64,000 nt of DNA from the NCBI GenBank assembly GCA_036501665.1, contig DASXZW010000023.1:7181-71180 (forward strand). The letters run 5' to 3'. The notes beneath the pieces are model-generated. The model searched no databases. It saw only the letters and a program-made list of their open reading frames with translations, and was not told the DNA's origin. The position numbers and the translations under genes were made by a program. The stretch comes from Verrucomicrobiia bacterium. GTDB lineage: Bacteria > Verrucomicrobiota > Verrucomicrobiia > Limisphaerales > Palsa-1400. Position 1 is the stretch's first letter. Each line of letters opens with the position of its first letter. Positions 9,745 to 19,475 of this stretch are shown here, one piece after another.

Positions 9745-10119
9745 TTACCTGCTGAAAGAGGCAATAGCCTGTTTGGCTTTTTCATCACCGTTGTCAGCGG
9801 CGTCGTGCAGTTTTTGGGATGTTGTCCTCAACGATCGAGCGACTACGACTCTCTGTTCTTCCGTAAGGCTCGGAGTATGGAGGAGTTGCTGAATGTCGTC
9901 GAAAGCGGCGGGCAGGTCGTGGTTTTTTACATCGGTGACGTAGCGATTTGCGGCATCCTGTGTTTCTTTGTCTGAGTTTTTGAATTCCGTGGAAAAGGCT
10001 GCGGGAATTTCTTCTTCAGACAATGGTGGCGGAGCGCTGGAAGAATTCCGTCCGCAATTGCAGAACAAAAGCCCTGCCAATGATGCAACGAATGTAAACT
10101 TCAGGATTTCCAATTTCAT
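9745..10119 (-). CDS. small secreted/lipoprotein-like hypothetical protein
   Basis: N-terminus MKLEILKFTFVASLAGLLFCNCG, followed by an acidic helical region. It sits directly downstream of the pseudopilin-like gene on the same strand. The overlapping + strand ORF 9553..9975 looks non-coding. Confidence 0.45.
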   Translation of the reverse strand: MKLEILKFTFVASLAGLLFCNCGRNSSSAPPPLSEEEIPAAFSTEFKNSDKETQDAANRYVTDVKNHDLPAAFDDIQQLLHTPSLTEEQRVVVARSLRTTSQKLHDAADNGDEKAKQAIASFSR

Positions 10120-10142
10120 ATCATCAGGGCGAAACTTACAAT

Positions 10143-11018
10143 CTAGAATGTCGGGGGAATGCGGTCTGGCGTTTCCCCTGTATAACAGCGGTAATCAATT
10201 CCCACATTTAGTGGCATTCTCTTAATTCGGCTGACATTTCCGGGAACCCATACCGTTACAGAAGCATTATCGTGACGAAACCAGCCCTTCGTTAAATCGG
10301 TTCCCGGATAAAGGGGTTGATACGAGCTATGCGAGTCCCATTCTTGAAGAATCGACGGACTGCCCGGGAACAGGCCAAGCGTATCGTCTGAACCTTCACA
10401 CATTTGTTCGGTTGCATCCTGACAAAAAATCGTCGTCGCGGGACTTGAGTATGAAGCCCGTTTTAGAGCGCTGCTTGTCCCTTTATATGTTGAACCAGAC
10501 CCGTGGTAAGGAACGACAAGATACTGACAAATGCCATAACAGGAATTGAGCCAAAAGTCGATTGGGTAAAAGTCTCCCGCATCGCGCCATTGATCGAGCA
10601 CGGTGTTCGGACCTTCCGGATCAGCAAACAACTTTTTTTGGTTGCCAAAATATCCGCTGTAGCCCAAAGCCCAGTACGCGTAATTCAGGTCCTTGATAGT
10701 TTCCGGTATCTGAGAGGTTGGCGTCGTGAACCATTGACCTCCGTTGGGAACCACCACTTGACCGTCCGAATACTCACAAAAGTAGGTGTCCTTGTTATCA
10801 TCCGCGTAAAGTGTGCTCATAATGCCAATTTGCCTTAGGTTGTTCATGCATTGGGCCGTTTTGGCGTTTTCTTTCGCGCTGGCCAGTGCTGGCAAGAGCA
10901 TGGCAGCCAGAATGGCGATAATCGCGATAACAACGAGAAGTTCGATGAGCGTGAAGCCTTTGCGCGTCGCGCGGCATTGGGAATTTCTAAACCCTGTCAA
11001 TGTGCCTGTGAATAACAT
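10143..11018 (-). CDS. prepilin-type N-terminal cleavage/methylation domain protein (pseudopilin-like)
   Basis: [25 protein letters not shown] is the class III signal/methylation motif. The size and C-terminal region resemble the abundant PVC-group pseudopilin-like family. Confidence 0.85.
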   Translation of the reverse strand: MLFTGTLTGFRNSQCRATRKGFTLIELLVVIAIIAILAAMLLPALASAKENAKTAQCMNNLRQIGIMSTLYADDNKDTYFCEYSDGQVVVPNGGQWFTTPTSQIPETIKDLNYAYWALGYSGYFGNQKKLFADPEGPNTVLDQWRDAGDFYPIDFWLNSCYGICQYLVVPYHGSGSTYKGTSSALKRASYSSPATTIFCQDATEQMCEGSDDTLGLFPGSPSILQEWDSHSSYQPLYPGTDLTKGWFRHDNASVTVWVPGNVSRIKRMPLNVGIDYRCYTGETPDRIPPTF

Positions 11019-11283
11019 AGTTTGGGCTAATTGGATTTTGGCCGTTTAATGGATCAGAAATGGATTTTCTGATTTTGACCGGTTACAGACCCTCTTCAAA
11101 ACAACGAGATACTAAGACCCCGTTTTGCGTCCACTCAAGCAACCAATTGTTAAATATTGGCGGCTAGAGCGTTACGAAATTGAAAACCGTTGTCAACCCG
11201 ATTTGTTGAATAGTTACACTTTTGCACTTTTGCAACCGATTCTTACCGTCTGGAAATGTTAGAATCTGAACGCGTCTATTTGC

Positions 11284-11574
11284 ATGTTTCAAGAAGTTCG
11301 GCCAACTTCAATTATGAAAGACCTGACCGATCCTCGATGGATAAAAATCAAGGGTATTCTGTTCTTGTTCGTTGGATTGATTGCCGCCGTGCTGCTCTAT
11401 TTGGAACAACCGGATTTGAAAGTTGCGGTGCTTTTGGCAATAGCGATTTGGTGCTTCTGCCGGTTTTATTATTTCGCGTTTTACGTCATCGAACATTATG
11501 TCGATCCATCCTACCGGTTTTCGGGACTTTGGTCTTTTGCTCATTACTTATTGAACCGACGAAGAGAGCGTTGA
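11284..11574 (+). CDS. small two-TM membrane protein (hypothetical)
   Basis: 96 aa with two clear hydrophobic helices (IKGILFLFVGLIAAVLLYL; VAVLLAIAIWCFCRFYYFAFYVI). Confidence 0.5.
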   Translation: MFQEVRPTSIMKDLTDPRWIKIKGILFLFVGLIAAVLLYLEQPDLKVAVLLAIAIWCFCRFYYFAFYVIEHYVDPSYRFSGLWSFAHYLLNRRRER

Positions 11575-11633
11575 GGAAAAGCATTTATCCCGGAGACGCC
11601 ATCGCCACAAAAAATTAACTTGAGTGAGATTTT

Positions 11634-12728
11634 CTAGTTTCGACTGCCGGATTCCGTTCCTGGAATTCTAGGTTCTGGAGTTGCCGGCGTGTGCAGCAGT
11701 GGGGCGTATTCAGGGTAAAGGCGGTCCATGCATTCCGGGCAGATCGAATGAGAGAATTCCGCGCTGGAATGTTCTTTCACGAACGTCTCGACTTTTTTCC
11801 AGTAGCCCTTGTCGTCGCGGATATTTTTGCAGGAGGCGCAAATGGGCAGCAGGCCGCTCAACGTCTTTACCTTCGACAGCATTTCATTGAGGTGCGCGAT
11901 GAGGTGAGTCCGTTCCGCCTCCATCCGCTTGCGCTCAGTGATGTCGTACGCAATCGTGGAAATTCCGATGATCTTGCCAGAAGTGTCGCGAATGGCTGAC
12001 ATAGTCAAACACACATCCACGATCGTGCCGTCCTTGCGGCTGCGCGAGGTGTCCACCTGGTCCACTGGTTTGCCTTCCAGCAGTTTTGTGAGAAGGTCCG
12101 CGGACTCCTGGCGGCCAAATTCCGGGATGACGATCGAGGTTGGTTGTCCAATAGCCTCAGCAGCCGTGTAACCGTAAAGGCGCTCGGCGCCCGCGTTCCA
12201 CGTCGTGATGACTTCGTCCAGCGTCTTGCCGATGATCGCGTCGTCAGCGGAATCGACGATTGCGGCGAGGTAGGCGAGCTTCTGACGCGCCAACGCTGTT
12301 TCCCGCCGCGATTCGGCATCGCGCAGTTCGCGTTGAATCGCCGGAATCAGGCGGCTCAGCTTGCCCTTGTTGATAAAATCATGCGCTCCGGCTTTCATCA
12401 GTTCGACCGCCAATTCCTCGCCGACGATGCCTGAGACGACGATGAACGGGAGATCGAACCCGTGCCGCCGCATCAGTTCCAAAGCCGGCAGCACGCCGAA
12501 TTCGGGCATTTGGTAATCGCAAAGAATCAAGTCCCACGGCTCCCGAACAAGCGCCTCGGCCATCGTCGCCTGATTCCAAACCCGCAAATGGCTCGCAGGG
12601 CAGCCGTGGCTTTGCAAATATCGGATCAGGAAAATCGCGTCGAAGTCTGAATCCTCCACGATAAGAACACGAAGGACGCGTTCTGGATTCTGATTGACAG
12701 TTGCAGACTGAGTTGAATCGCAGTTCAT
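11634..12728 (-). CDS. response-regulator receiver + PAS protein with a C-terminal Cys4 module
   Basis: REC domain (VLIVEDSDFD...DLILCDYQMPE...SG...KAGAHDFINK), PAS domain, then LPICASCKNIRDDKGYW...FSHSICPECMDRLYPE. The ORF is open to 12905. I chose Met-60 (12728) to avoid overlap with the divergent CPXCG gene. Confidence 0.75.
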   Translation of the reverse strand: MNCDSTQSATVNQNPERVLRVLIVEDSDFDAIFLIRYLQSHGCPASHLRVWNQATMAEALVREPWDLILCDYQMPEFGVLPALELMRRHGFDLPFIVVSGIVGEELAVELMKAGAHDFINKGKLSRLIPAIQRELRDAESRRETALARQKLAYLAAIVDSADDAIIGKTLDEVITTWNAGAERLYGYTAAEAIGQPTSIVIPEFGRQESADLLTKLLEGKPVDQVDTSRSRKDGTIVDVCLTMSAIRDTSGKIIGISTIAYDITERKRMEAERTHLIAHLNEMLSKVKTLSGLLPICASCKNIRDDKGYWKKVETFVKEHSSAEFSHSICPECMDRLYPEYAPLLHTPATPEPRIPGTESGSRN

Positions 12729-12838
12729 ACTTTTTGCCCAACTTAAAATTGCAGCATCGCGTATGCCACGGGTTGACAAGGCGTCTCCAAGGGTTGACCC
12801 TGCATCCGTTAGGTGACATTCGCGCACAAGTTGTAAAA

Positions 12839-13018
12839 TTGCAACCGTTTGAATCAATTCAGTGCCCATTTTGTGGGCAGGCTTTCGATGTCGCCTTTGA
12901 GTCACAGGAAGGCACTCAAAGGCTTGTCATTGATTGCGAGATTTGTTGCAGACCGCTGGATGTCACGGTTGAATGCGAAGGCGGCGAAGTTCTTAACGTG
13001 GATGTCCGCGCGAATTGA
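12839..13018 (+). CDS. CPXCG-motif cysteine-rich small protein
   Basis: CPFCGQ...DCEICCRPL is the pattern of the ~60 aa CPXCG family. The ORF is open from 12701, but an in-frame TTG at 12839 gives the family-typical length. Confidence 0.55.
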   Translation: MQPFESIQCPFCGQAFDVAFESQEGTQRLVIDCEICCRPLDVTVECEGGEVLNVDVRAN

Positions 13019-13033
13019 TGAAAAGAGAATAAG

Positions 13034-13336
13034 ATGAGCTCAAATATATCTGTATTGGTTTTGTGGATTTACATTGTGCTGCTGCTGGCCGGCGGACTGA
13101 TGGGACTGATCAAAGCTGGAAGCAAAATCTCGCTTGTCACGTCGGCAACTTTTGCTTTGCTGCTGGCGCTTTGCGCGCTGGGGATCATCCGGCCTTTTTA
13201 CGTGGCAGACATTATTCTCGGCGCGCTGGTGCTGGTCTTTGGGATTAGGTTTGCAAAAGGCAAGAAGTTCATGCCGTCCGGAATGATGCTCGGGCTTTCG
13301 GTCGTAGTTTTGGCGGTGTTATTGTTGGTGAAGTAA
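13034..13336 (+). CDS. TMEM14-family small membrane protein
   Basis: 100 aa, 4 predicted TM helices, GGLMGLIKAGSKISL motif typical of TMEM14/UPF0136. Confidence 0.6.
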   Translation: MSSNISVLVLWIYIVLLLAGGLMGLIKAGSKISLVTSATFALLLALCALGIIRPFYVADIILGALVLVFGIRFAKGKKFMPSGMMLGLSVVVLAVLLLVK

Positions 13337-13341
13337 AGTAA

Positions 13342-15900
13342 GTGCAATTCTCTCTTCCGATCTGGGAAATTCACGACTCCATCGTGAATACCCTGCGGAC
13401 CGGGAACCGTCTGGTCCTGGTCGCGCCAACTGGTTCCGGCAAAACGACGCAGGTGCCGCAGATGCTTCTCGACTCTGGTCTTGGCAATGGGCGAATCGTG
13501 GTGTTGCAACCGCGCCGTGTTGCCGCCCGGACTGTTGCCGCGCGGGTCGCTTGGGAACGGCAGGGCAAACTCGGCGCGGAAGTCGGTTATCAAATTCGCT
13601 TCGAGGACCGCACGAGTCTCGGCACGCGCATTTGTTTTATCACAGAAGGAATTCTCCTGCGCTGGCTTCAGGATAATTGCGATCTGAGCGGGATTGACGC
13701 GGTGCTGTTCGATGAATTTCACGAGCGAAATTTGTTGAGCGACGTTGCGTTGGCGCTCGCGAAAAGATTGCAGGAAACGCGACGCCCCGATCTTCGCCTT
13801 GTCGTCATGTCCGCGACGCTTGAAGCCGAGCCGGTCGCGAAATATTTGGGCGATTGCCCGATTGTGGTTTCCGAAGGGAAGGCATTTCCCGTGGAAATCC
13901 GCCACATCGCGACGAACGACGAACGTCCGCTTACCGAGCAAGCCGCCGATATCGTCGGGTACATCGCCGCTTCCGGTGATCCAGGCGATATTCTTGTTTT
14001 CATGCCTGGAATGGGGGAGATCAATGCCACCATCGCCGCTTGCCGGGCCACTGTCGGGACGGAAAAGCTTGCGCTGATTCCGCTTCACGGAGAATTGCCG
14101 CCGGAGGAACAGGACGTGGCGTTTTCGCCGAATCGATTGCGGAAAGTTGTCGTCGCGACAAACGTTGCTGAAACGTCCGTGACCATCGATGGCATCATTC
14201 ACGTCGTCGATAGCGGCGTGGCGCGAGTGGCGCGTTACGACCCGGAGCGCGGCATCGGCACGTTGTTCATCGAGCCGATCAGCCGAGCTTCAGCCGAGCA
14301 GCGCGCGGGCAGGGCGGGTCGCACAGCGCCGGGCGTCTGTCATCGGCTCTGGACCGAAAGCGGGCACTTGAACCGCCCGGCGAAGAATACGCCGGAAATT
14401 CAACGGACCGATCTTGCGGAAGTCGTCCTGCTGCTTCACTCGCTTGGTGTGAGGGATGCGGCGCATTTTGATTGGCTGGATCGCCCTGATCCGCAAGCGG
14501 TCGAGCGGGCAGAGAAATTGCTCAGGACGCTCGGCGCCCTGACTCCGGCTGGAGGCGACGGTGAACATTCGGACATGACGCCGATCGGCTGGGAGATGTT
14601 GAGGCTTCCGATGCACCCGCGTTATTCGCGAATGCTTGTCGAGGCCGCGCGGCGCAACTGCTCTTCTGCGGCGGCGTTGTGCGCGGCGCTCGTCAGCGGA
14701 CGCGATTTGCTGGTTCGCCTGAGCCGAGACGACAAACATATCGCGGAGGCACGGGAGTTATTCGAGGCAAGCGCGGAGTCCGATTTCTACACGTTAATGC
14801 GGGCACATCAATTTGCCCGGAACAATAATTTCAATCCCGACCGATGCCGCCGTTACGGCGTTCACGCGCAAGTCGCCACCCAGGTGCAACAGACTTTCGA
14901 GCAAATCGCGCAAATCGCCCGCGCGGATAAAAACGCCGCGCCGCCGACAGACGATGCGCTCGCGCGCTGCATCACAGCGGGCTTCATCGACCAGCTTTGC
15001 CGCCGTCGCGATCAAGGGACGCTGGACTGTGACGTGGCGGATGGCCGGACGGGAACGCTGGCGCGCGAAAGTGTCGTGCAGAACTCGCCGCTGTTTGTTG
15101 CCGCGAGCATTCGCGAAATTACTGGGCGAACCGGCAATCTCACGCTGCTTGGGTTGGCGACCGCGGTAAAGCGGGAATGGATTCAGGAGATGTTTCCCAC
15201 CCAGGTTTCCGTGCGCGTTGAACACCTTTATGATCGAACCCACAAAAGGGTCAGCGCCGTCAAGTTGGAGCGGTTCCACGATTTGCTGATTCATCACGAA
15301 CATCAGCGCGAATTGGATCCAGCGGCATCGGGGCGGTGTCTCGCGGAAGCTTATGCTGCGCAATATTTCGAATTGCCGCTCTTCAACCATCAACTCAAGC
15401 AGACGATTGCGCGGATCAATCTTGTTTGCGCGGTGATGCCGGAATTGGAATTACCTGCGGCCGACAAAACGTTCATCACGAGCTTTCTCTCGCGCGCATT
15501 TGCCGGGTTGAGTCTTGCGAAAGAGGCGCAAGCGACGCCGTTGGTCGATTCATTTTCCGAATTCTACGGCAAGGAGCGAATCGAATGGCTTGATGAATTG
15601 GCGCCCTTAAATGTCACGTGGCCGGATGGAAAAAAACTCAAGTTGCTCTATTCTGAGGAAACTCTTGATGACGACAGCCATCCGAATCCGCCGGAGTTCC
15701 AAGCGAAGTTGCACGAGTGTTTCGTCTTAAAGGAGCACCCCACAATTTGCGACGGAAAGTTGCCAGTCAAACTCTGGCTCGCGTCGCCGGACGGAAAGCG
15801 GATTGAGTCAACGTTGAACTGGCCGGGCTATCGGACGACCGGTTATCCAAGAATTAAAGCCAAAATGCAGAAAGCATTTCCGTCCTTCACATGGCTGTGA
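13342..15900 (+). CDS. hrpB: ATP-dependent DEAH-box helicase HrpB
   Basis: 852 aa, GTG start. Motifs APTGSGKTTQVPQ, DEFHER, SATL, TNVAETSVTIDG and QRAGRAGR, plus an HrpB-type C-terminal domain. Confidence 0.9.
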   Translation: MQFSLPIWEIHDSIVNTLRTGNRLVLVAPTGSGKTTQVPQMLLDSGLGNGRIVVLQPRRVAARTVAARVAWERQGKLGAEVGYQIRFEDRTSLGTRICFITEGILLRWLQDNCDLSGIDAVLFDEFHERNLLSDVALALAKRLQETRRPDLRLVVMSATLEAEPVAKYLGDCPIVVSEGKAFPVEIRHIATNDERPLTEQAADIVGYIAASGDPGDILVFMPGMGEINATIAACRATVGTEKLALIPLHGELPPEEQDVAFSPNRLRKVVVATNVAETSVTIDGIIHVVDSGVARVARYDPERGIGTLFIEPISRASAEQRAGRAGRTAPGVCHRLWTESGHLNRPAKNTPEIQRTDLAEVVLLLHSLGVRDAAHFDWLDRPDPQAVERAEKLLRTLGALTPAGGDGEHSDMTPIGWEMLRLPMHPRYSRMLVEAARRNCSSAAALCAALVSGRDLLVRLSRDDKHIAEARELFEASAESDFYTLMRAHQFARNNNFNPDRCRRYGVHAQVATQVQQTFEQIAQIARADKNAAPPTDDALARCITAGFIDQLCRRRDQGTLDCDVADGRTGTLARESVVQNSPLFVAASIREITGRTGNLTLLGLATAVKREWIQEMFPTQVSVRVEHLYDRTHKRVSAVKLERFHDLLIHHEHQRELDPAASGRCLAEAYAAQYFELPLFNHQLKQTIARINLVCAVMPELELPAADKTFITSFLSRAFAGLSLAKEAQATPLVDSFSEFYGKERIEWLDELAPLNVTWPDGKKLKLLYSEETLDDDSHPNPPEFQAKLHECFVLKEHPTICDGKLPVKLWLASPDGKRIESTLNWPGYRTTGYPRIKAKMQKAFPSFTWL

Positions 15901-15985
15901 GAGTTGCGAAAGATTTGTCAACAAGCGGAAGCGATTTCTGACTTCACCATTTTGAATTCTGGATTCCGAGTCTTGAATTCCGTCC

Positions 15986-17158
15986 TTATTTAATCTTTGG
16001 CACTGTGACCCAGCGGCGTGTGACGCTGGATTCAGCAACCGCTTCCATCACGGCCATGCAGCGGACGCCGTCCAAAAAGTCCGGGTGGATCGGCTTATTC
16101 GCGACGACTGCGTTGACGTAATCCGCAAAAGTATTCACGAAAGTGTGCTCGTAGCCGACGATGTGCCCCGGCGGCCACCAATTCTTCCCGTAAGGATGCA
16201 CCTCGCGGTCGGTCACGATGATGTCGGTGAATCCGCGTCGAAGTTGGGCGTCCTTCGCGCTGTAAAATTTCAACCGGTTCATATCTTCAAAATCGAAGTA
16301 AAGGCTTCCCTTGTCTCCGTTGATCTCGAACACGATGTTGTTCTTGCGCCCCGTTGCAAAACGTGTCGCCTCGAGATTCGCCATCGCTCCATTTTCAAAG
16401 CGACCGATCCAACTCACCGCGTCATCCACTGTGACTTTGCCTTTTTTGCCACTCTTTGCTGCTCGCGGCGGAACGCTGCCGGGTTCCATCAGCGGACGCT
16501 CTTTGACAAACGTTTCCATCATCCCGCAGACCTCTTTAATTTCGCCAAGCAGGTAACGTCCCAGGTCGATGATGTGCGCGTCGATATCGCCATGTGCGCC
16601 GGAACCGGCCAGTTCTTTCTGCATCCGCCACGTCAATGGAAATTCCGTATTGACAAGCCAGTCCTGAGCGTAACGCGCGTGAAAATGCCGGATGTTTTCG
16701 CCCAACTCGCCACTTCCAACAATTTGTTTCGCCAGTGCGACTGCGGGGATTCTCCGGTAATTATGGCAAATGAGATTCACTGTTTTTGCCTTGCGCGACG
16801 CCGCGAGCATCTTCTGCGCCTCGGCAAGATCGCGCGCCAGTGGTTTTTCGCACAAGACCGCTTTTCCCGCGCTCAACGCTGCCAGCGCAATTTCGCAATG
16901 CGTATCGTTCCCAGTCGAAATATCAATAATGTCAATGTCCGGCGCTGAGACAATCTTCCGCCAATCCGTTTCCGCGCGTTCCCATCCGAAAATATTTCGC
17001 GCGTGTTCAACGGCGTCAGGATCGCGCCCGCAAATCGCCGCCAGCTCAACCCGTGCGGGAAGTTCCGGAAAGAAATGATTGACCTGCCGCCAGGCGTTCG
17101 AGTGCGCCTTGCCCATGAACTTGTAACCGATCAGCCCGACTCGCAGTGTTTTCTTCAT
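15986..17158 (-). CDS. Gfo/Idh/MocA family oxidoreductase
   Basis: N-terminal Rossmann motif VGLIGYKFMGKAHS, EKPLA motif, 390 aa. Confidence 0.85.
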   Translation of the reverse strand: MKKTLRVGLIGYKFMGKAHSNAWRQVNHFFPELPARVELAAICGRDPDAVEHARNIFGWERAETDWRKIVSAPDIDIIDISTGNDTHCEIALAALSAGKAVLCEKPLARDLAEAQKMLAASRKAKTVNLICHNYRRIPAVALAKQIVGSGELGENIRHFHARYAQDWLVNTEFPLTWRMQKELAGSGAHGDIDAHIIDLGRYLLGEIKEVCGMMETFVKERPLMEPGSVPPRAAKSGKKGKVTVDDAVSWIGRFENGAMANLEATRFATGRKNNIVFEINGDKGSLYFDFEDMNRLKFYSAKDAQLRRGFTDIIVTDREVHPYGKNWWPPGHIVGYEHTFVNTFADYVNAVVANKPIHPDFLDGVRCMAVMEAVAESSVTRRWVTVPKIK

Positions 17159-17161
17159 TGT

Positions 17162-18325
17162 CTAAGTATCCAGCGAAGTCCACTTCGCGTTTTTCGATGA
17201 CGACTTCAGCACGGCGTCGATAAAAGCCATTCCGCGCACTCCGGCGTCGATCTTCGCGTAATCCAGCGCCGGATCGTCAGCGGCCAGTTTGCGGCCTTCC
17301 TGATATGCGCGAATGTGATTGGCGAAATTCCGATAAATATTTGCGAACGCCTCCAGGTATCCTTCCGGATGCGCGGCCGGAGTACGTGTCGCCGATTTTG
17401 CGGCAGTGCCGAGATATGGATTTGCCGTGCGATAAATTTCCGTCGGGCGATCCCGCCATTTGACCAGCATTGTGTTCGGTTCTTTCTGGTGCCATTCGAG
17501 ACCGCCGATTTCGCCCCAGACGCGGATGTTCAAATTGTTTTCCTCTCCAACGCAAATTTGGGACGCATGCAGGACGCCTTTTGCGCCATCGTCCAGTCGC
17601 AGGAGGACATTGATGTCGTCGTCGAGCCGTCTGCCTTTGACAAAAATCGTCGCGTCCGCCGCCAATTCCTTGATCTCCAAGCCGGTGATGTATTCCACGA
17701 GATTCTCAGCGTGAGTGCCGATGTCGCCCACGCATCCGCCCGCGCCGCATTGCGAAGGGTCGGTTCGCCAGACGGCTTGTTTCTGACCGGTGGCTTCGAG
17801 CAATGTGGCGAACCAGCCTTGCGGATATTCCACAACGACTTTTCGGACCTTGCCGATTTTCCCTGCACGAACGAGTGCGCGAGCTTCTTTGACAATTGGG
17901 TAGCCGGTATAAGTATAAGTCAGTCCGTAGAGCAACTTGGTCTTGGCGATCAAGTCGCGGAGCTTCTTTGCTTCGGCAAGATTCAACGTCGCCGGTTTGT
18001 CGCTCAAAACGTGAAAGCCGTGCTGCATCGCCAATTTCGCCGCAGGCCAATGCACATGATTCGGCGTCACAATCGAAACAAAATCCATCCGTTGATCGGC
18101 CGGCAAAGCGGCCTCCGCGCGAATCATCTCCTCGTAAGAACCGTAACAACGGTCCGGCGGCAAAAAGAGGTCCGCGCCGCTGGCCTTGCTGCGTTGGGGG
18201 TCGCCGCTGAACGCGCCGCAAACCAGTTCGATTTCCTGATCCAGCGCCGCCGCGATCCGATGCACGCCTCCAATAAACGCGCCTCTCCCGCCGCCAATCA
18301 TGCCATACCGGATTTTTCGCCTCAT
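17162..18325 (-). CDS. Gfo/Idh/MocA family oxidoreductase
   Basis: N-terminal YGMIGGGRGAFIG Rossmann-like motif, SDKPAT motif. 387 aa, in tandem with the previous gene. Confidence 0.85.
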   Translation of the reverse strand: MRRKIRYGMIGGGRGAFIGGVHRIAAALDQEIELVCGAFSGDPQRSKASGADLFLPPDRCYGSYEEMIRAEAALPADQRMDFVSIVTPNHVHWPAAKLAMQHGFHVLSDKPATLNLAEAKKLRDLIAKTKLLYGLTYTYTGYPIVKEARALVRAGKIGKVRKVVVEYPQGWFATLLEATGQKQAVWRTDPSQCGAGGCVGDIGTHAENLVEYITGLEIKELAADATIFVKGRRLDDDINVLLRLDDGAKGVLHASQICVGEENNLNIRVWGEIGGLEWHQKEPNTMLVKWRDRPTEIYRTANPYLGTAAKSATRTPAAHPEGYLEAFANIYRNFANHIRAYQEGRKLAADDPALDYAKIDAGVRGMAFIDAVLKSSSKNAKWTSLDT

Positions 18326-18428
18326 AAAAGGATTAAAGTTGGGATTGAATTGTTAATTTCCGCGCCTTTATAGTGACACCTGAATTTCAAGTCAATCGGC
18401 GACTTTGAAGCCCGAACCCAAATAATAC

Positions 18429-19475
18429 ATGTTGACAGCCGCAGAAATCGCCAAACAACTGGATGGCCAGGTTGTCGGAAACCCCGACACGCAACTCACC
18501 GGTTTTGCTCCCGCCGCCGCCGCCCGCGAAGGCGACCTCACGTTCGCCGAAAACGAACCGTTCTTCCGCAAGGCTGAGCAAAGCGCCGCTTCGGCCATTC
18601 TCAGCGATGGCCCGTACGAGTCCGCGATAAAGACGGTGATCCGCGTGTCCAATGCGCGGGTCGGCTTCGCGCGAGTGCTGCCATTGTTCTTCCCGGAACC
18701 GACGTTTGTGCCGGGGATTCACGCGACTTCGGTCTGTGCAGCCTCGGCCAAAATTGATCCTTCCGCCCATGTTGGCCCGTTCTGTGTCGTCGGCGAGAAA
18801 GTCTTCATTGGCCCCAACGCGGTGCTGCGCGGAGGAAATCACGTTGGCGATAACAGCGCCATCGGAGAGCGTTCCGAACTTTTTCCAAACGTTGTTCTTT
18901 ACAGTCAGACGCAAGTGGGCAGCCGCGTCCGCATCCACGCCGGCGCGGTGATTGGCGCGGACGGATTCGGTTACGTCCCGGACAGCGGCATTCACAGGAA
19001 AATTCCGCAAGTCGGCCAGGTCGTCATTCAAGATGATGTTGAAATCGGCGCCAACGTGACGATTGACCGCGGCGCGCTTGGCCCGACTGTCATTGGCAAA
19101 GGCACCAAAATCGACAATCTTGTGCAAATCGCCCACAACGTTTCGCTCGGAGAAAATTGCCTGGTCGTCGCACAGGTTGGAATTGCCGGCAGCACAAAGA
19201 TTGGCAGCGAGACAACTCTTGCCGGGCAAGTCGGCATCGCGGGCCATTTGAAAATTGGGAACAAAGTGATCGTAGCCGCTCAATCCGGAGTCATGCACGA
19301 CATTCCTGACGGCGGCAAATGGCTTGGAGCGCCTGCGCAGCCTGATCGTCAAGCAAAACGACAAATGATCGCCATCCAACATCTTCCAGACCTCATTCGT
19401 CGCGTGAGTGAACTGGAACGCCGTCTCGCAGCCGCATCTGGTGACTCTGCAAATCCGAAACCCGGCCAATTGTAA
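18429..19475 (+). CDS. lpxD: UDP-3-O-acylglucosamine N-acyltransferase
   Basis: 348 aa with the LpxD N-terminal domain, followed by left-handed beta-helix hexapeptide repeats. Confidence 0.85.
   Translation: MLTAAEIAKQLDGQVVGNPDTQLTGFAPAAAAREGDLTFAENEPFFRKAEQSAASAILSDGPYESAIKTVIRVSNARVGFARVLPLFFPEPTFVPGIHATSVCAASAKIDPSAHVGPFCVVGEKVFIGPNAVLRGGNHVGDNSAIGERSELFPNVVLYSQTQVGSRVRIHAGAVIGADGFGYVPDSGIHRKIPQVGQVVIQDDVEIGANVTIDRGALGPTVIGKGTKIDNLVQIAHNVSLGENCLVVAQVGIAGSTKIGSETTLAGQVGIAGHLKIGNKVIVAAQSGVMHDIPDGGKWLGAPAQPDRQAKRQMIAIQHLPDLIRRVSELERRLAAASGDSANPKPGQL

Noticed and set aside
9553-9975. 140 aa plus-strand ORF overlapping the small lipoprotein-like gene.
   Set aside because: It has poor coding character (Cys/Arg/Gly-rich) and no signal or motif. 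The minus-strand ORF has a signal-like N-terminus and an operonic position.
11217-11237. CACTTTTGCACTTTTGCAACC, a direct 8-mer repeat with TTGCA elements reminiscent of a sigma-54 -12 box.
   Set aside because: There is no GG dinucleotide at the required -24 spacing, so no real sigma-54 consensus.
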